Shown here in pieces: positions 26,865-38,118 of a DNA stretch of 38,118 nucleotides. The translations under genes and the position numbers were made by a program. How positions within the stretch are numbered: the first letter of the stretch is position 1; each line of letters opens with the position of its first letter. The notes under the pieces were generated by a model. It searched no databases, had not been told where the DNA came from, and worked only from the letters and a program-made list of their open reading frames with translations. Location of the stretch: the sequence record DRR378314_281, one strand, 5' to 3'.

Positions 26865-29057
26865 TTAGAAGTTGTAGTTGAGCTTGAGGCTGTACTGACG
26901 GGCGTCGCCGTAGTAGCCGCCGTTATAGAAGCCCAGGTTGTTGTAGTACTTCTCGTCGGTGAGGTTGCTGACATTGGCGGTCACCGCCAGGGCCGGGCTG
27001 AAGCGGTAGCGGGCCATCAGGTCCACCAGGGTGTAGCTGTCCTGGACGAATTTGTATTGACCACTCTGGCCCGGGCGGTCGACGAAGGCGTAGGTCTGGT
27101 TTTGCCAGGCCACCCCGGCCCCTACCGTGAAACCGTCAAGCCGGCCGTTGAAACGGTAGCGGGTGGACAGGCGCACCATCTCTTCCGGGGAGGTGGTGTT
27201 CAGCTCGTCGCCGTCCGGGTCCTCGGTGACCCGGTGGGTGTAGCCGGCCAGCATCTGCCAGCGGGGCAGGATCTCGCCGGAGGCGGTCAGCTCGAAGCCG
27301 TTGGTCTGGGCGCCGTCCACGGCCCGGTAGGCCTCGGAATTGGGCGGTCCGCCGGGGATCGGCTGGCCGGTGCCCTCGGCCAGGTTGTCCTGATCGACGC
27401 GGAACACCGCGACGCTGGTGTTCAAGCGGCCGTCGCGGAACTCGCTCTTCAGACCCGCCTCGTAACTGTTGCCCTCTTCCGGATCGAGTATCCGGTTGTT
27501 CAGGTCCCGCTGGGTTTGTGGCTGGAAGATGCTGGTGTAGCTGGCGTAGACGGAGTGCCGGTCGGTGAGGTCGTACACCACGCCGGCGAAGGGCACCACT
27601 TCCCCGTTTTCCTGGTAGCGCTCGGCGAAGTCTCCGCTCCAGTTGAAGCCGCCCCGGTCGACGCGCCAATCCACCACGCGGGCGCCGGTGATCACCGCCA
27701 GATCGTCGGTGGGTTTAAAGCGGGCGGTGGCGTACAGACCGGTCTGTGAGGCGCGCTCGTTTTCGTCGGTGTTGATATCCCCCCACAGCGGCTTGGCCCG
27801 GTCGCCGTCCCAGGTAAAGAGATTGTCCAGAGTGCTGTCGAAGTTCACCGAGGGCTGCCCGATGTAGTCGACCTTGCTGCGCGAATAGCTGGCGCCGACG
27901 ATCAGCTCGTGGTGCCGGCCGAACAATTCGAAAGGCCCGTTGGCGTAGGCGTCGAAGGTATGCTGCTTCTTGTCCTCCAGGTAGCGGCCGGACCAGAACG
28001 TGAGCCCGCTGCCGTCGCGGTTCAGGGTGCCGCCGCCGGCGGAGGCCAGCTGGGCGTCGTAGTTGTTTTCCTGGTAAGTGTAGGCCAGCTTGCCGTACCA
28101 GCCGCTGCTGAACTGGTGCTCCAGATTGACGAAGGCGGTGCGGGCTTCCTGGGCCCAGCTGCTCCAGTCGGTGGCCGGGTTGGTGTCCCGGTCCAGATCG
28201 GCGATGCCGCCGTCGCTGTAGAACAGCGGCACGCCGCCCCAGGTGGAGCCTTCCGGGTCGTAGTCCATGGAATCCACGCCCAGGGTGATCATGGTGTCCT
28301 CGGACAGGTCCGCCTCGATAACGCCGTAGAACACCTGCTTTTCATTCTCGTAATGATCGAGAAAAGACTCGCCCTGCTCGTAAGCGGTGACGAAGCGGCC
28401 GCGTACCCGGCCGTCTTCGGTCAGCGGGCCGCCCAGGTCCAGCTCGCCCCGGTAGCCGTCCCAGCTGTTGGCTGAAAGGCCCGCCTGGCCGGCGAATTCC
28501 CGGGTGGGTTTCTTGCGCACCAGGTTGATGGTGGCGGACGGGTTGCCGATGCCGTGCAGCAGGCCGCTGGCGCCGCGCAGCACTTCGATGCGGTCGTAGA
28601 TAAAGGTGTCCGCGTGGGCGCTCTGCTTGCCCAGGGTGCTGCTGCGCATGGACGGCATGCCGTCATAGAGAAAATTGGTGATCTCGAAGCCGCGGGCGCT
28701 GAAGGTGAGCCGTTCGGTGTCCTGGGCGTTGACGGTGACGCCGGGGGTCCGCTGCATCACCTCGGCGACGCTGTTGAGGTCGAAGTCCTCCATCTGCTCA
28801 CGGGTGATCACGGTCACCGACTGGGGCGTTTCCCGGGGCGAGAGCACCATGCGGGTGGCGGTGTTGCTGGCGCCGCTGGTGTAGCTGCCGGACCCTTCCG
28901 TGATCATGCCGGCGTCATAGCCGTCCACCGAAGCGCCGACCACGTCGACGGCGTCCAGCTCGTGGGTGTCATCGGTATCGTCGTCGGCGGCGTACAGGTT
29001 GGCGCTACCGGCCAGGATCAGACAGATGGAGAGGCGGGTAAAACGTAACGCAGACAT
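26865..29057 (-). CDS. TonB-dependent siderophore receptor (FhuE/FpvA-like, no N-terminal signalling domain)
   Basis: Signal peptide; RETPQSVTVIT plug; DRIEVLRG and INLVRKKP motifs; C-terminal NLTDEKYY...LNYNF. Start trimmed to ATG 29057. Confidence 0.93.
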   Translation of the reverse strand: MSALRFTRLSICLILAGSANLYAADDDTDDTHELDAVDVVGASVDGYDAGMITEGSGSYTSGASNTATRMVLSPRETPQSVTVITREQMEDFDLNSVAEVMQRTPGVTVNAQDTERLTFSARGFEITNFLYDGMPSMRSSTLGKQSAHADTFIYDRIEVLRGASGLLHGIGNPSATINLVRKKPTREFAGQAGLSANSWDGYRGELDLGGPLTEDGRVRGRFVTAYEQGESFLDHYENEKQVFYGVIEADLSEDTMITLGVDSMDYDPEGSTWGGVPLFYSDGGIADLDRDTNPATDWSSWAQEARTAFVNLEHQFSSGWYGKLAYTYQENNYDAQLASAGGGTLNRDGSGLTFWSGRYLEDKKQHTFDAYANGPFELFGRHHELIVGASYSRSKVDYIGQPSVNFDSTLDNLFTWDGDRAKPLWGDINTDENERASQTGLYATARFKPTDDLAVITGARVVDWRVDRGGFNWSGDFAERYQENGEVVPFAGVVYDLTDRHSVYASYTSIFQPQTQRDLNNRILDPEEGNSYEAGLKSEFRDGRLNTSVAVFRVDQDNLAEGTGQPIPGGPPNSEAYRAVDGAQTNGFELTASGEILPRWQMLAGYTHRVTEDPDGDELNTTSPEEMVRLSTRYRFNGRLDGFTVGAGVAWQNQTYAFVDRPGQSGQYKFVQDSYTLVDLMARYRFSPALAVTANVSNLTDEKYYNNLGFYNGGYYGDARQYSLKLNYNF

Positions 29058-29118
29058 AGCAGTCCCCCAGTTGGTGTTTTCGACGATGGCTGGGGTGGAC
29101 CTGGCTACGTCACTGGGC

Positions 29119-29150
29119 GGCAATGATAACCATTCTTATCTTCATGTCAA
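29119..29150 (-). promoter_or_regulatory. Receptor promoter overlapped by a Fur box
   Basis: Minus strand TTGACA-N16-TATCAT. GGCAATGATAACCATTCTT (29119-29137) matches GATAATGATAATCATTATC at 14/19 positions. Confidence 0.75.
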
Positions 29151-29291
29151 AACTACGTGAACCCGCTGCTACTTGGCTTACCGGATTTCCAGCCATGACC
29201 TACACGGCTTTGGGTCGATGTCGGCTGGGCAGGGCCCGGCCGCCGCACCGATGATGATGGCACCCGACACCAAGGAAGACGGAGGACACGG

Positions 29292-29969
29292 ATGTTGTTC
29301 GACCTTGCCGAACCCTGCCTGCTGTGCGGCCGGCGCAGCCCGCAGGGCCTTTGCCGGTTGTGCGCCGGCGAGCTGCGTGACGGCGGCGCCCTGTACGACC
29401 CGCTCTGCCGCTGCGGGCTGCCCGGCACCGAGCAAGGGGGGCTGTGCGGACGCTGCCTGCGGCGGCCGCCGCCGTTCACCAGTACCTACTGCCACTGGGT
29501 CTATCAGTTTCCGCTGGACCGGCTGATCAACGCCTACAAGCACAGGGGCTGCCTGCCGGCGGAACGGGCCCTGGAACCCTTGCTGCGCGAGCAGCCGCTG
29601 CCCTGGCCGGACGCCGAGGTGCTCTGCCCCCTGCCCGCCCACTGGCGGCGCCGGCTGGCCAGGGGCTTCGACCAGGCGGAGCGGCTGGCGCTGATACTGG
29701 CCCGCCACTGGCAGCGTCCGGTGGCGCCGCTGCTGCTGCGCCACCGGCCCACCGGCCATCAGCAGGGGCTGGGCCGCGCGGAACGGGTGCGCAACCTGCG
29801 CCACGCCTTCCTGGCGCGGCCCGGCGCCCAATACCGCCGGATTCTGCTGATCGACGATGTGATGACCACCGGCACCTCCGCCCGCGCCGCCAGCCGTGCC
29901 CTGCTGGAAGGCGGCGCCAAGGAAGTGCGCGTCTGGGCGTTGGCGAGAACCCTGCAGCAAGAGCGCTAA
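29292..29969 (+). CDS. comF: ComF/GntX family phosphoribosyltransferase-like protein with a zinc ribbon
   Basis: CxxC pairs; RGFDQA; R.RNL..AF; LIDDVMTTGTS PRPP motif; GGAGG RBS. Confidence 0.9.
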   Translation: MLFDLAEPCLLCGRRSPQGLCRLCAGELRDGGALYDPLCRCGLPGTEQGGLCGRCLRRPPPFTSTYCHWVYQFPLDRLINAYKHRGCLPAERALEPLLREQPLPWPDAEVLCPLPAHWRRRLARGFDQAERLALILARHWQRPVAPLLLRHRPTGHQQGLGRAERVRNLRHAFLARPGAQYRRILLIDDVMTTGTSARAASRALLEGGAKEVRVWALARTLQQER

Positions 29970-29991
29970 CGCCATCTACAAAGTACGGTTT

Positions 29992-30033
29992 GTGGGAGCG
30001 AGCCCGGCTCGCGAAAGGCCGCCAAAGGCGGCC
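29992..30033 (+). repeat. REP-like palindrome (GTGG class) followed by a second hairpin
   Basis: GTGGGAGCGAGC-ccg-GCTCGCGAA, similar to Pseudomonas GTGGGAGC..GCTCGCGAA REPs, then GGCCGCC-aaa-GGCGGCC. Confidence 0.7.
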
Positions 30034-30126
30034 GGCAGGATCCCAGAGACGTTATTTTCGCCTGTCTGGCATCAGACACCACGGGTCCGTCATAATGCAC
30101 GCTTCGTTCCGCAAACGGTCGCGCCC

Positions 30127-30810
30127 ATGAAAATCAGCATCGCCCAAGGGCATAACCCGCCGCACAACATCAACGGCATCACCGTGATCATCGATGTGAT
30201 CCGTGCCTTCACCACCAGCCACGAAGCGTTTCTGGGCGGTGCCAGCCATATCTACCCGGTGTCCAGCGCCGACGACGCCTTCCGGCTGCGCGAAGACTAC
30301 CGGGAAGGCCTGCTGGTGGGCGAGGTGCAGGCGCTGCCCATCGACGGCTTCGACCACGGCAACTCGCCCTGGGAAATACGCCACACCGACGTGCGCGGCC
30401 GCTATCTGATCATGCGCACCACCAACGGCGTGGCCGCCACCCTGCGCGCCCGCGACAGCCGCCAGGTGCTGGTCGGCGCGCTGATCAATGCCGAAGCCAC
30501 CGCCAACTACATCCGCGAACAGAACCCGGACACCGTGGTGCTGGTGGCGTCCCACCCCACCGGCGACGAGGATGTGGCCTGCGCGGAATACATCCGTGGC
30601 CTGCTGGGCGGCGAGGGCATCAGCCTGGAGCAGGCCCGCGAGCGCACCCGCAATGCCTTCGCGGCGAAGAAATTCCTGGACGGCAGCCACCCGCGCCTGC
30701 GCCCCCAGGACATCGACATGGCCGCCTCCAGCGCCGGCCCGGACGCCCTGATCATGGGCGTGACCTACGAGCCGGTGCCGCGCATCGACGTGATCCGACG
30801 CGCCTCCTGA
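30127..30810 (+). CDS. 2-phosphosulfolactate phosphatase (ComB) family protein
   Basis: IIDVIRAFTT, GE...PIDGFDHGNSP, RTTNG and EDVACA motifs. Start trimmed to ATG 30127. Confidence 0.85.
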   Translation: MKISIAQGHNPPHNINGITVIIDVIRAFTTSHEAFLGGASHIYPVSSADDAFRLREDYREGLLVGEVQALPIDGFDHGNSPWEIRHTDVRGRYLIMRTTNGVAATLRARDSRQVLVGALINAEATANYIREQNPDTVVLVASHPTGDEDVACAEYIRGLLGGEGISLEQARERTRNAFAAKKFLDGSHPRLRPQDIDMAASSAGPDALIMGVTYEPVPRIDVIRRAS

Positions 30811-30906
30811 CCTTTTCCATCAACTCCGCCGCTCCCCTTGATCAATGACGGCCCGGCGGGCGCCTGATAGCGTCCCAGGGCATTAACTCATTGCCTGGGA
30901 AGCCTC

Positions 30907-32151
30907 ATGATCGAGTGGAACGAACAACAGCAGATGATCCAGAAGATGGTGCGCGACTTCGTGGCCAAGGAAGTGGTGCCCAACCTGGACGATATCGAAT
31001 ACAACGGCGTGCCGCCCTACGACATCCTGCGCAAGATGATCAAAACCTTCGGCATGGACGTGATGGCGACGCAGAACTACGAGAAGCAGATCGCCCGCGA
31101 GAAAGCCGCCGCCGAAAACGGCGAGGACGCCCCCACCAAGAAGAAGGACGGCCCCTCCGAGGGCGCCGGCGATCAGGCGGCGATGACCATGATCCCGATC
31201 ATCGAACTGAGCCGCCACGCCCAGGGGCTGGTGACCGCCATGGGCGTGTCCATGGGGCTCACCGGGGGCGCCATCATGAGCAAGGGCACCATCGAACAGA
31301 AAGAGCGCTGGGCGCTGCCGCTGCTGACCCTGGAGAAAGTGGGCGCCTGGGCGATCTCCGAGCCCAACTCCGGCTCCGACGCCTTCGGCCAGATGAAGAC
31401 CCTGGCGAAGCGCGACGGCAACGGCGGCTACATCATCAACGGCAGCAAGACCTGGATCACCAACGGCCCCTACGCCGACACCATCGTGCTGATCTGCAAG
31501 CTGGATGAGGAAGGCGTGGAACCCAAGGACCGCAAGATCGTGTCCTTTATTCTCGACGCCGGCATGGAAGGCCTGGAGCAGTCCAAGCCGTTCAAGAAGA
31601 TGGGCATCGGCTCGTCACCCACCGGCGAGCTGTTCTTCAGTGACCTGAAGGTGGGCGCCGACCGCCTGCTCGGCGGCAGCGAGACCAGCTACGGCCGCTC
31701 CGGCGCCAAGGCCACCTTCATGCAGGAACGCGCCGGCGTGGCCGCCATGGCCCTGGGGATGGTGGAGCGCGCGCTGGAACTGTCCACCGCCTACGCCCGT
31801 GACCGCGCCCAGTTCGGCCGCCCGATCGGCGACAACCAGTTGATTCAGCTGAAGCTGGCGAAGATGGAAGTGGCGCGCGCCAACCTGCAGAACATGGTGT
31901 TTCGCTATATCGAGATGACCGCCGCCGGCAAGCAGATGAGCCTGGCGGAGGCCTCGGCGATGAAACTGTACGCCGCCCAGACCGCCATGGAGGTGTCCAC
32001 CGAGGCGGTCCAGGTGCACGGCGGCTACGGCTACATGCGCGAATCCCGCGTGGAGCAGCTGATGCGCGACGCCAAGATCCTGCAGATCTACGCCGGCACC
32101 GACGAGATGCAGATCATCGCCATCGCCCGGGACCTGCTGGGCAGAGGCTGA
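30907..32151 (+). CDS. Acyl-CoA dehydrogenase
   Basis: WAISEPNSGSD, NGSKTWITNG, R.QFGRPI, QVHGGYGY and RDAK..QIYAGTDEMQ motifs. Confidence 0.95.
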   Translation: MIEWNEQQQMIQKMVRDFVAKEVVPNLDDIEYNGVPPYDILRKMIKTFGMDVMATQNYEKQIAREKAAAENGEDAPTKKKDGPSEGAGDQAAMTMIPIIELSRHAQGLVTAMGVSMGLTGGAIMSKGTIEQKERWALPLLTLEKVGAWAISEPNSGSDAFGQMKTLAKRDGNGGYIINGSKTWITNGPYADTIVLICKLDEEGVEPKDRKIVSFILDAGMEGLEQSKPFKKMGIGSSPTGELFFSDLKVGADRLLGGSETSYGRSGAKATFMQERAGVAAMALGMVERALELSTAYARDRAQFGRPIGDNQLIQLKLAKMEVARANLQNMVFRYIEMTAAGKQMSLAEASAMKLYAAQTAMEVSTEAVQVHGGYGYMRESRVEQLMRDAKILQIYAGTDEMQIIAIARDLLGRG

Positions 32152-32157
32152 GCGGCG

Positions 32158-32210
32158 CAAGCGGCAGGCTTGGAGCTTGCCGCTGGAAGCTTGTAGCCTT
32201 GAAGCTGCCA
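32158..32210 (+). repeat. Degenerate GCTTGNA heptamer tandem repeat with a short inverted arm
   Basis: GCTTGGA GCTTGCC GCTGGAA GCTTGTA GCCTTGAA GCTGCCA. AGCGGCAGGCT/AGCTTGCCGCT forms a hairpin at 32160-32184. Confidence 0.7.
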
Positions 32211-32229
32211 GCAACAAGGAGGATTCCCC

Positions 32230-32574
32230 ATGGCACTACAGCAACAGCATTGCGAAGCCTGCCGCGCCGACGCGCCCCGTATCAGCGATGAGGAGGCGGG
32301 CAAGCTGCGCGGCGAGATTCCGGACTGGAAACAGGTGGAGGAAGACGGCGAAGAGAAACTGCAGCGCCAGTTCAAGTTCAAGGACTTCGCCCAGGCTCTC
32401 GCGTTCACCAACCAAGTCGGCGACCTGGCCGAAGAGGAGGGGCACCACCCTGCCCTGCTCACCGAATACGGCAAGGTCACGGTGACCTGGTGGACCCATA
32501 AGATCGGCGGTCTGCACCGTAACGACTTCATCTGCGCGGCGAAGACCGACGCGCTGTTCGACAAAAGGACCTGA
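32230..32574 (+). CDS. phhB: Pterin-4-alpha-carbinolamine dehydratase
   Basis: CEACR, FKFKDF, EEEGHHP and [17 protein letters not shown] motifs; AGGAGG RBS. Confidence 0.95.
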   Translation: MALQQQHCEACRADAPRISDEEAGKLRGEIPDWKQVEEDGEEKLQRQFKFKDFAQALAFTNQVGDLAEEEGHHPALLTEYGKVTVTWWTHKIGGLHRNDFICAAKTDALFDKRT

Positions 32575-32580
32575 GGTCGA

Positions 32581-33231
32581 ATGGACGCACCCGCTCCCTG
32601 GACGCTGAGAGGGCACGCCTACGTGTGCGCCCTGGCGATGCCCGATGCCCTGCGTCGGCCGCAAGGCGGCACCGCCGAAGCACTCGGCCCGGCGACCGGC
32701 CGCCTCGGGGTGGTCATGTTCGTGGATTACCAGCGTTCAGAGGTGGGGCCGTATCGGGAGTTGTTGTTCATGCCCGGGCCCTGTCGCTTTCCGGACGGTC
32801 ACCGGCGCTGGTCGATCGGCCGCATCTATGTGTCCAGCGAAGACAGCGCCCGCAACGGCAACCGCAACTGGGGCCTGGACAAGCGCGTGGCCTCCTTCCG
32901 GGTCGAGCGAACCCGCTACGGCGAGAGCGTGACCGTGCGCTACCAGGACCGGGACATCGCCGGTCTGACCCTGAAGCGGCGCGGTCCCGCCCTACCCGTA
33001 CTCGGACCCTGGCTGCCCGAGCGCTGGCGCCGGCTGGGCCAGGTGCGCGACAACCAGCAATTCGTCTTCGCGCCCTCGGTGCGGGGCCGCCTGGGCGTTG
33101 CCAGCCTGAGCGATGCCTGGGGCAACGGGAAGGATTTCCCGCAGTTGCAGTACGGACGCGGACGCGGCTCTCTGTACCTGCCGGACTTCCACCTCGACTT
33201 CCCCGAAGCGGATATCCGACCCCTGTCCTGA
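32581..33231 (+). CDS. Acetoacetate decarboxylase-like superfamily protein
   Basis: PAPW, VDY..SEVGPYRE, RIYVSS and NG.RNWGLDK (conserved Lys). Confidence 0.75.
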   Translation: MDAPAPWTLRGHAYVCALAMPDALRRPQGGTAEALGPATGRLGVVMFVDYQRSEVGPYRELLFMPGPCRFPDGHRRWSIGRIYVSSEDSARNGNRNWGLDKRVASFRVERTRYGESVTVRYQDRDIAGLTLKRRGPALPVLGPWLPERWRRLGQVRDNQQFVFAPSVRGRLGVASLSDAWGNGKDFPQLQYGRGRGSLYLPDFHLDFPEADIRPLS

Positions 33232-33330
33232 ACCTTACGGTGACCGGAAGCATCACCCGGCTGTCGCTTCGCGACAGCCGCCCCGCCCACGCCCTTTGCT
33301 AGCATGGGTCACGGCAATCAGGAGAGACCC

Positions 33331-33789
33331 ATGGCTTTAAGCGAAGAGCAAAAAGAACAAATCAAAGCGGCGTCCGATAAAACCTTTCCGTTCGTGGAAC
33401 GCTGCGGCGCCCGAACCCTGGACGTGGACCGCGGCTACTGCAAGATGATGATGCCGCTGGCGCCCAACCTGAACCACGTCGGCATCATGTACGCCGGCGC
33501 CCTGTACACCATCGCGGAGCTGCCCGGCGGCGTGATCTATATGTCGTCGTTCGACACGCGGCGCTTCTACCCGATCGTCAAGGACATGCGGATCCGTTTC
33601 CGTCGCCCGGCCGCCACCGATGTGACCGTGGAAGTACGCATCACCGACGAGGAAATCGAACGCATCCAGTCCGAGGCGGACGCCAACGGCAAATGCGATT
33701 TTGAATGGGATACCGAGATCAAGGACGAAAAAGGGGAAGTGGTGGCGCTCACCCATAACGTCTATCAGCTGCGCAAAATCGGCAGCTGA
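33331..33789 (+). CDS. Hot-dog fold thioesterase (PaaI/YiiD C-terminal-like)
   Basis: PNLNHVGIMYAGALYTIAE and IRFRRPA motifs. Start trimmed to ATG 33331, after AGGAGA. Confidence 0.85.
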   Translation: MALSEEQKEQIKAASDKTFPFVERCGARTLDVDRGYCKMMMPLAPNLNHVGIMYAGALYTIAELPGGVIYMSSFDTRRFYPIVKDMRIRFRRPAATDVTVEVRITDEEIERIQSEADANGKCDFEWDTEIKDEKGEVVALTHNVYQLRKIGS

Positions 33790-33851
33790 AGCGGTACAGG
33801 TGAAGGGTCAAAGCGACATCCGCAATTCGTTGCCGCTTTCGCAAAGGCGTA

Positions 33852-33881
33852 TTGACAGGCTTTGTTCGTCGGGGCTAGCCT
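33852..33881 (+). promoter_or_regulatory. Orphan sigma70-like promoter
   Basis: TTGACA-N18-TAGCCT with no plausible sense CDS downstream. Confidence 0.6.
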
Positions 33882-33887
33882 GAAATC

Positions 33888-33971
33888 GCACTCCGATGAG
33901 GCACGGAGCCCGGGGGTGCGTTTCCGACATGAGAGTCTGGAAATCTCGCGCGGCCTTCGGGCCGCGCTTTT
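33888..33971 (+). ncRNA. Candidate small regulatory RNA (~85 nt), family not recognised
   Basis: Bounded by a promoter and a + strand intrinsic terminator; three consecutive stem-loops. Confidence 0.5.
33948..33971 (+). terminator. Intrinsic terminator on the + strand
   Basis: GCGCGGCC-TTCG-GGCCGCGC-TTTT (cUUCGg loop). The U-tract is on the + strand only. Confidence 0.8.
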
Positions 33972-35035
33972 CATTTACGCTCGCCCAGCTCCACCACCGC
34001 TTCGATAAACACCTTGGCGTGCTCCGGGTCCACTTCCGGCGTGATGCCGTGCCCCAGATTGAAGATGTGCCCCGGGTGATCGCCGAAGTCATCGAGGATG
34101 CGCGCCACCTCGGCGCGAATCGCCGCCGGTGAAGCGTACAGCACCGCCGGATCCATATTGCCCTGCAACGCCACCCGGTCGCCGACGCGGCGGCGCGCCT
34201 CGCCGATGTTGATGGTCCAGTCCAGGCCCAGGGCGTCACAGCCGGTATCCGCCATGGATTCCAGCCACAAGCCGCCGTTCTTGGTGAACAGGATCACCGG
34301 CACCTTGCGGCCCTCGGCGTCCGGCTCCAGCCCGTCGACGATGCGCTGCATATAGCGCAGCGAAAACGTCTGGTAGGCCTCCGCGGACAGAGCGCCGCCC
34401 CAGGTATCGAAGATCTGCACCACCTGGGCGCCGTGGCGGATCTGGGCGTTCAGATAATCGGTCACCGCCAGAGCCAGCTTGTCGAGCAGCGCGTGGGCCA
34501 GTTCCGGCCGGTTGTAGACCATCCCCTTGAGATGGCGGAAATCCTTGCTGGGCCCGCCTTCCACCATATAGGTGGCGAGCGTCCAGGGGCTGCCGGAGAA
34601 GCCGATCAACGGCACCCGTCCGTTCAACGCGCGGCGAATGGTGCTCACCGCGCGCATCACGTAATCCAGGTCCGCTTCCGCGTCCGGTACCGGCAGCGCG
34701 GCGATCTCTTGCTCGGTGCGCACCGTCTTGCGGAATTTGGGGCCCTCGCCGGGCTCGAAGTACAAACCCAGCCCCATGGCATCGGGAATGGTGAGAATGT
34801 CGGAAAACAGAATCGCCGCGTCCAGCGGGTAACGCTCCAGCGGCTGCAGCGTCACCTCGCAGGCCAGTTCCGCGTTGCGGCACAGGTCCATGAAGGACCC
34901 GGCCTGCTCCCGGGTGGCCCGGTACTCCGGCAGATAACGACCGGCCTGGCGCATCATCCAGATCGGCGTACGGTCCACCGGCTGGCGGGCCAGGGCTTTC
35001 AACAAGCGGTCATTCTTCAGCGGCGCGTGCACCAT
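33971..35035 (-). CDS. hemE: Uroporphyrinogen decarboxylase
   Basis: [23 protein letters not shown] and FNLGHGI motifs. Start trimmed to ATG 35035. Confidence 0.97.
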   Translation of the reverse strand: MVHAPLKNDRLLKALARQPVDRTPIWMMRQAGRYLPEYRATREQAGSFMDLCRNAELACEVTLQPLERYPLDAAILFSDILTIPDAMGLGLYFEPGEGPKFRKTVRTEQEIAALPVPDAEADLDYVMRAVSTIRRALNGRVPLIGFSGSPWTLATYMVEGGPSKDFRHLKGMVYNRPELAHALLDKLALAVTDYLNAQIRHGAQVVQIFDTWGGALSAEAYQTFSLRYMQRIVDGLEPDAEGRKVPVILFTKNGGLWLESMADTGCDALGLDWTINIGEARRRVGDRVALQGNMDPAVLYASPAAIRAEVARILDDFGDHPGHIFNLGHGITPEVDPEHAKVFIEAVVELGERK

Positions 35036-35040
35036 AAAAT

Positions 35041-38118
<3,078 letters not shown>

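Noticed and set aside
33878-33945. Hammerhead ribozyme (CCGATGAG ... GAAA)
   Set aside because: The core deviates from CUGAUGA, and stems I-III cannot be built with GAAA in the right position.
33896-34132. 78-aa ORF starting inside the sRNA candidate
   Set aside because: No RBS; it runs through the terminator and antisense into hemE.

Overview
High-GC gammaproteobacterial core chromosome segment; gene content and order suggest Alcanivoracaceae (an inference, not a database result). From left to right: dnaK (5' part), grpE, hrcA, recN, fur, bamE, rnfH/ratB, an NSS-family transporter, smpB, a small membrane protein, tmRNA (no integrated element seen), SulP, mtgA, a YbaY/META lipoprotein, a GATase, leuA with a divergent Lrp, a flavodoxin-like protein, a PhaC-like hydrolase, a PhoD plus purple-acid-phosphatase lipoprotein pair, YbhB, bioBFHCD, a Fur-boxed TonB-dependent receptor, comF, a ComB-like phosphatase, acyl-CoA dehydrogenase, phhB, an ADC-like protein, a thioesterase, hemE, gltD and gltB (3' part). 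I saw no CRISPR array, prophage, transposase or defence system. The most interesting signals are mostly non-coding: (i) an orphan promoter-RNA-terminator unit (candidate ~85-nt sRNA) facing hemE; (ii) a 268-bp MITE-like element with two ERIC-like arms in the leader of the Pho-boxed phoD operon, whose second phosphatase carries an unexplained amphipathic C-terminal domain; (iii) a palindrome with heptamer-repeat arms between hrcA and grpE. Regulatory sites for sigma32, sigmaE, LexA, BirA, Fur and PhoB were read by eye and none was computed.
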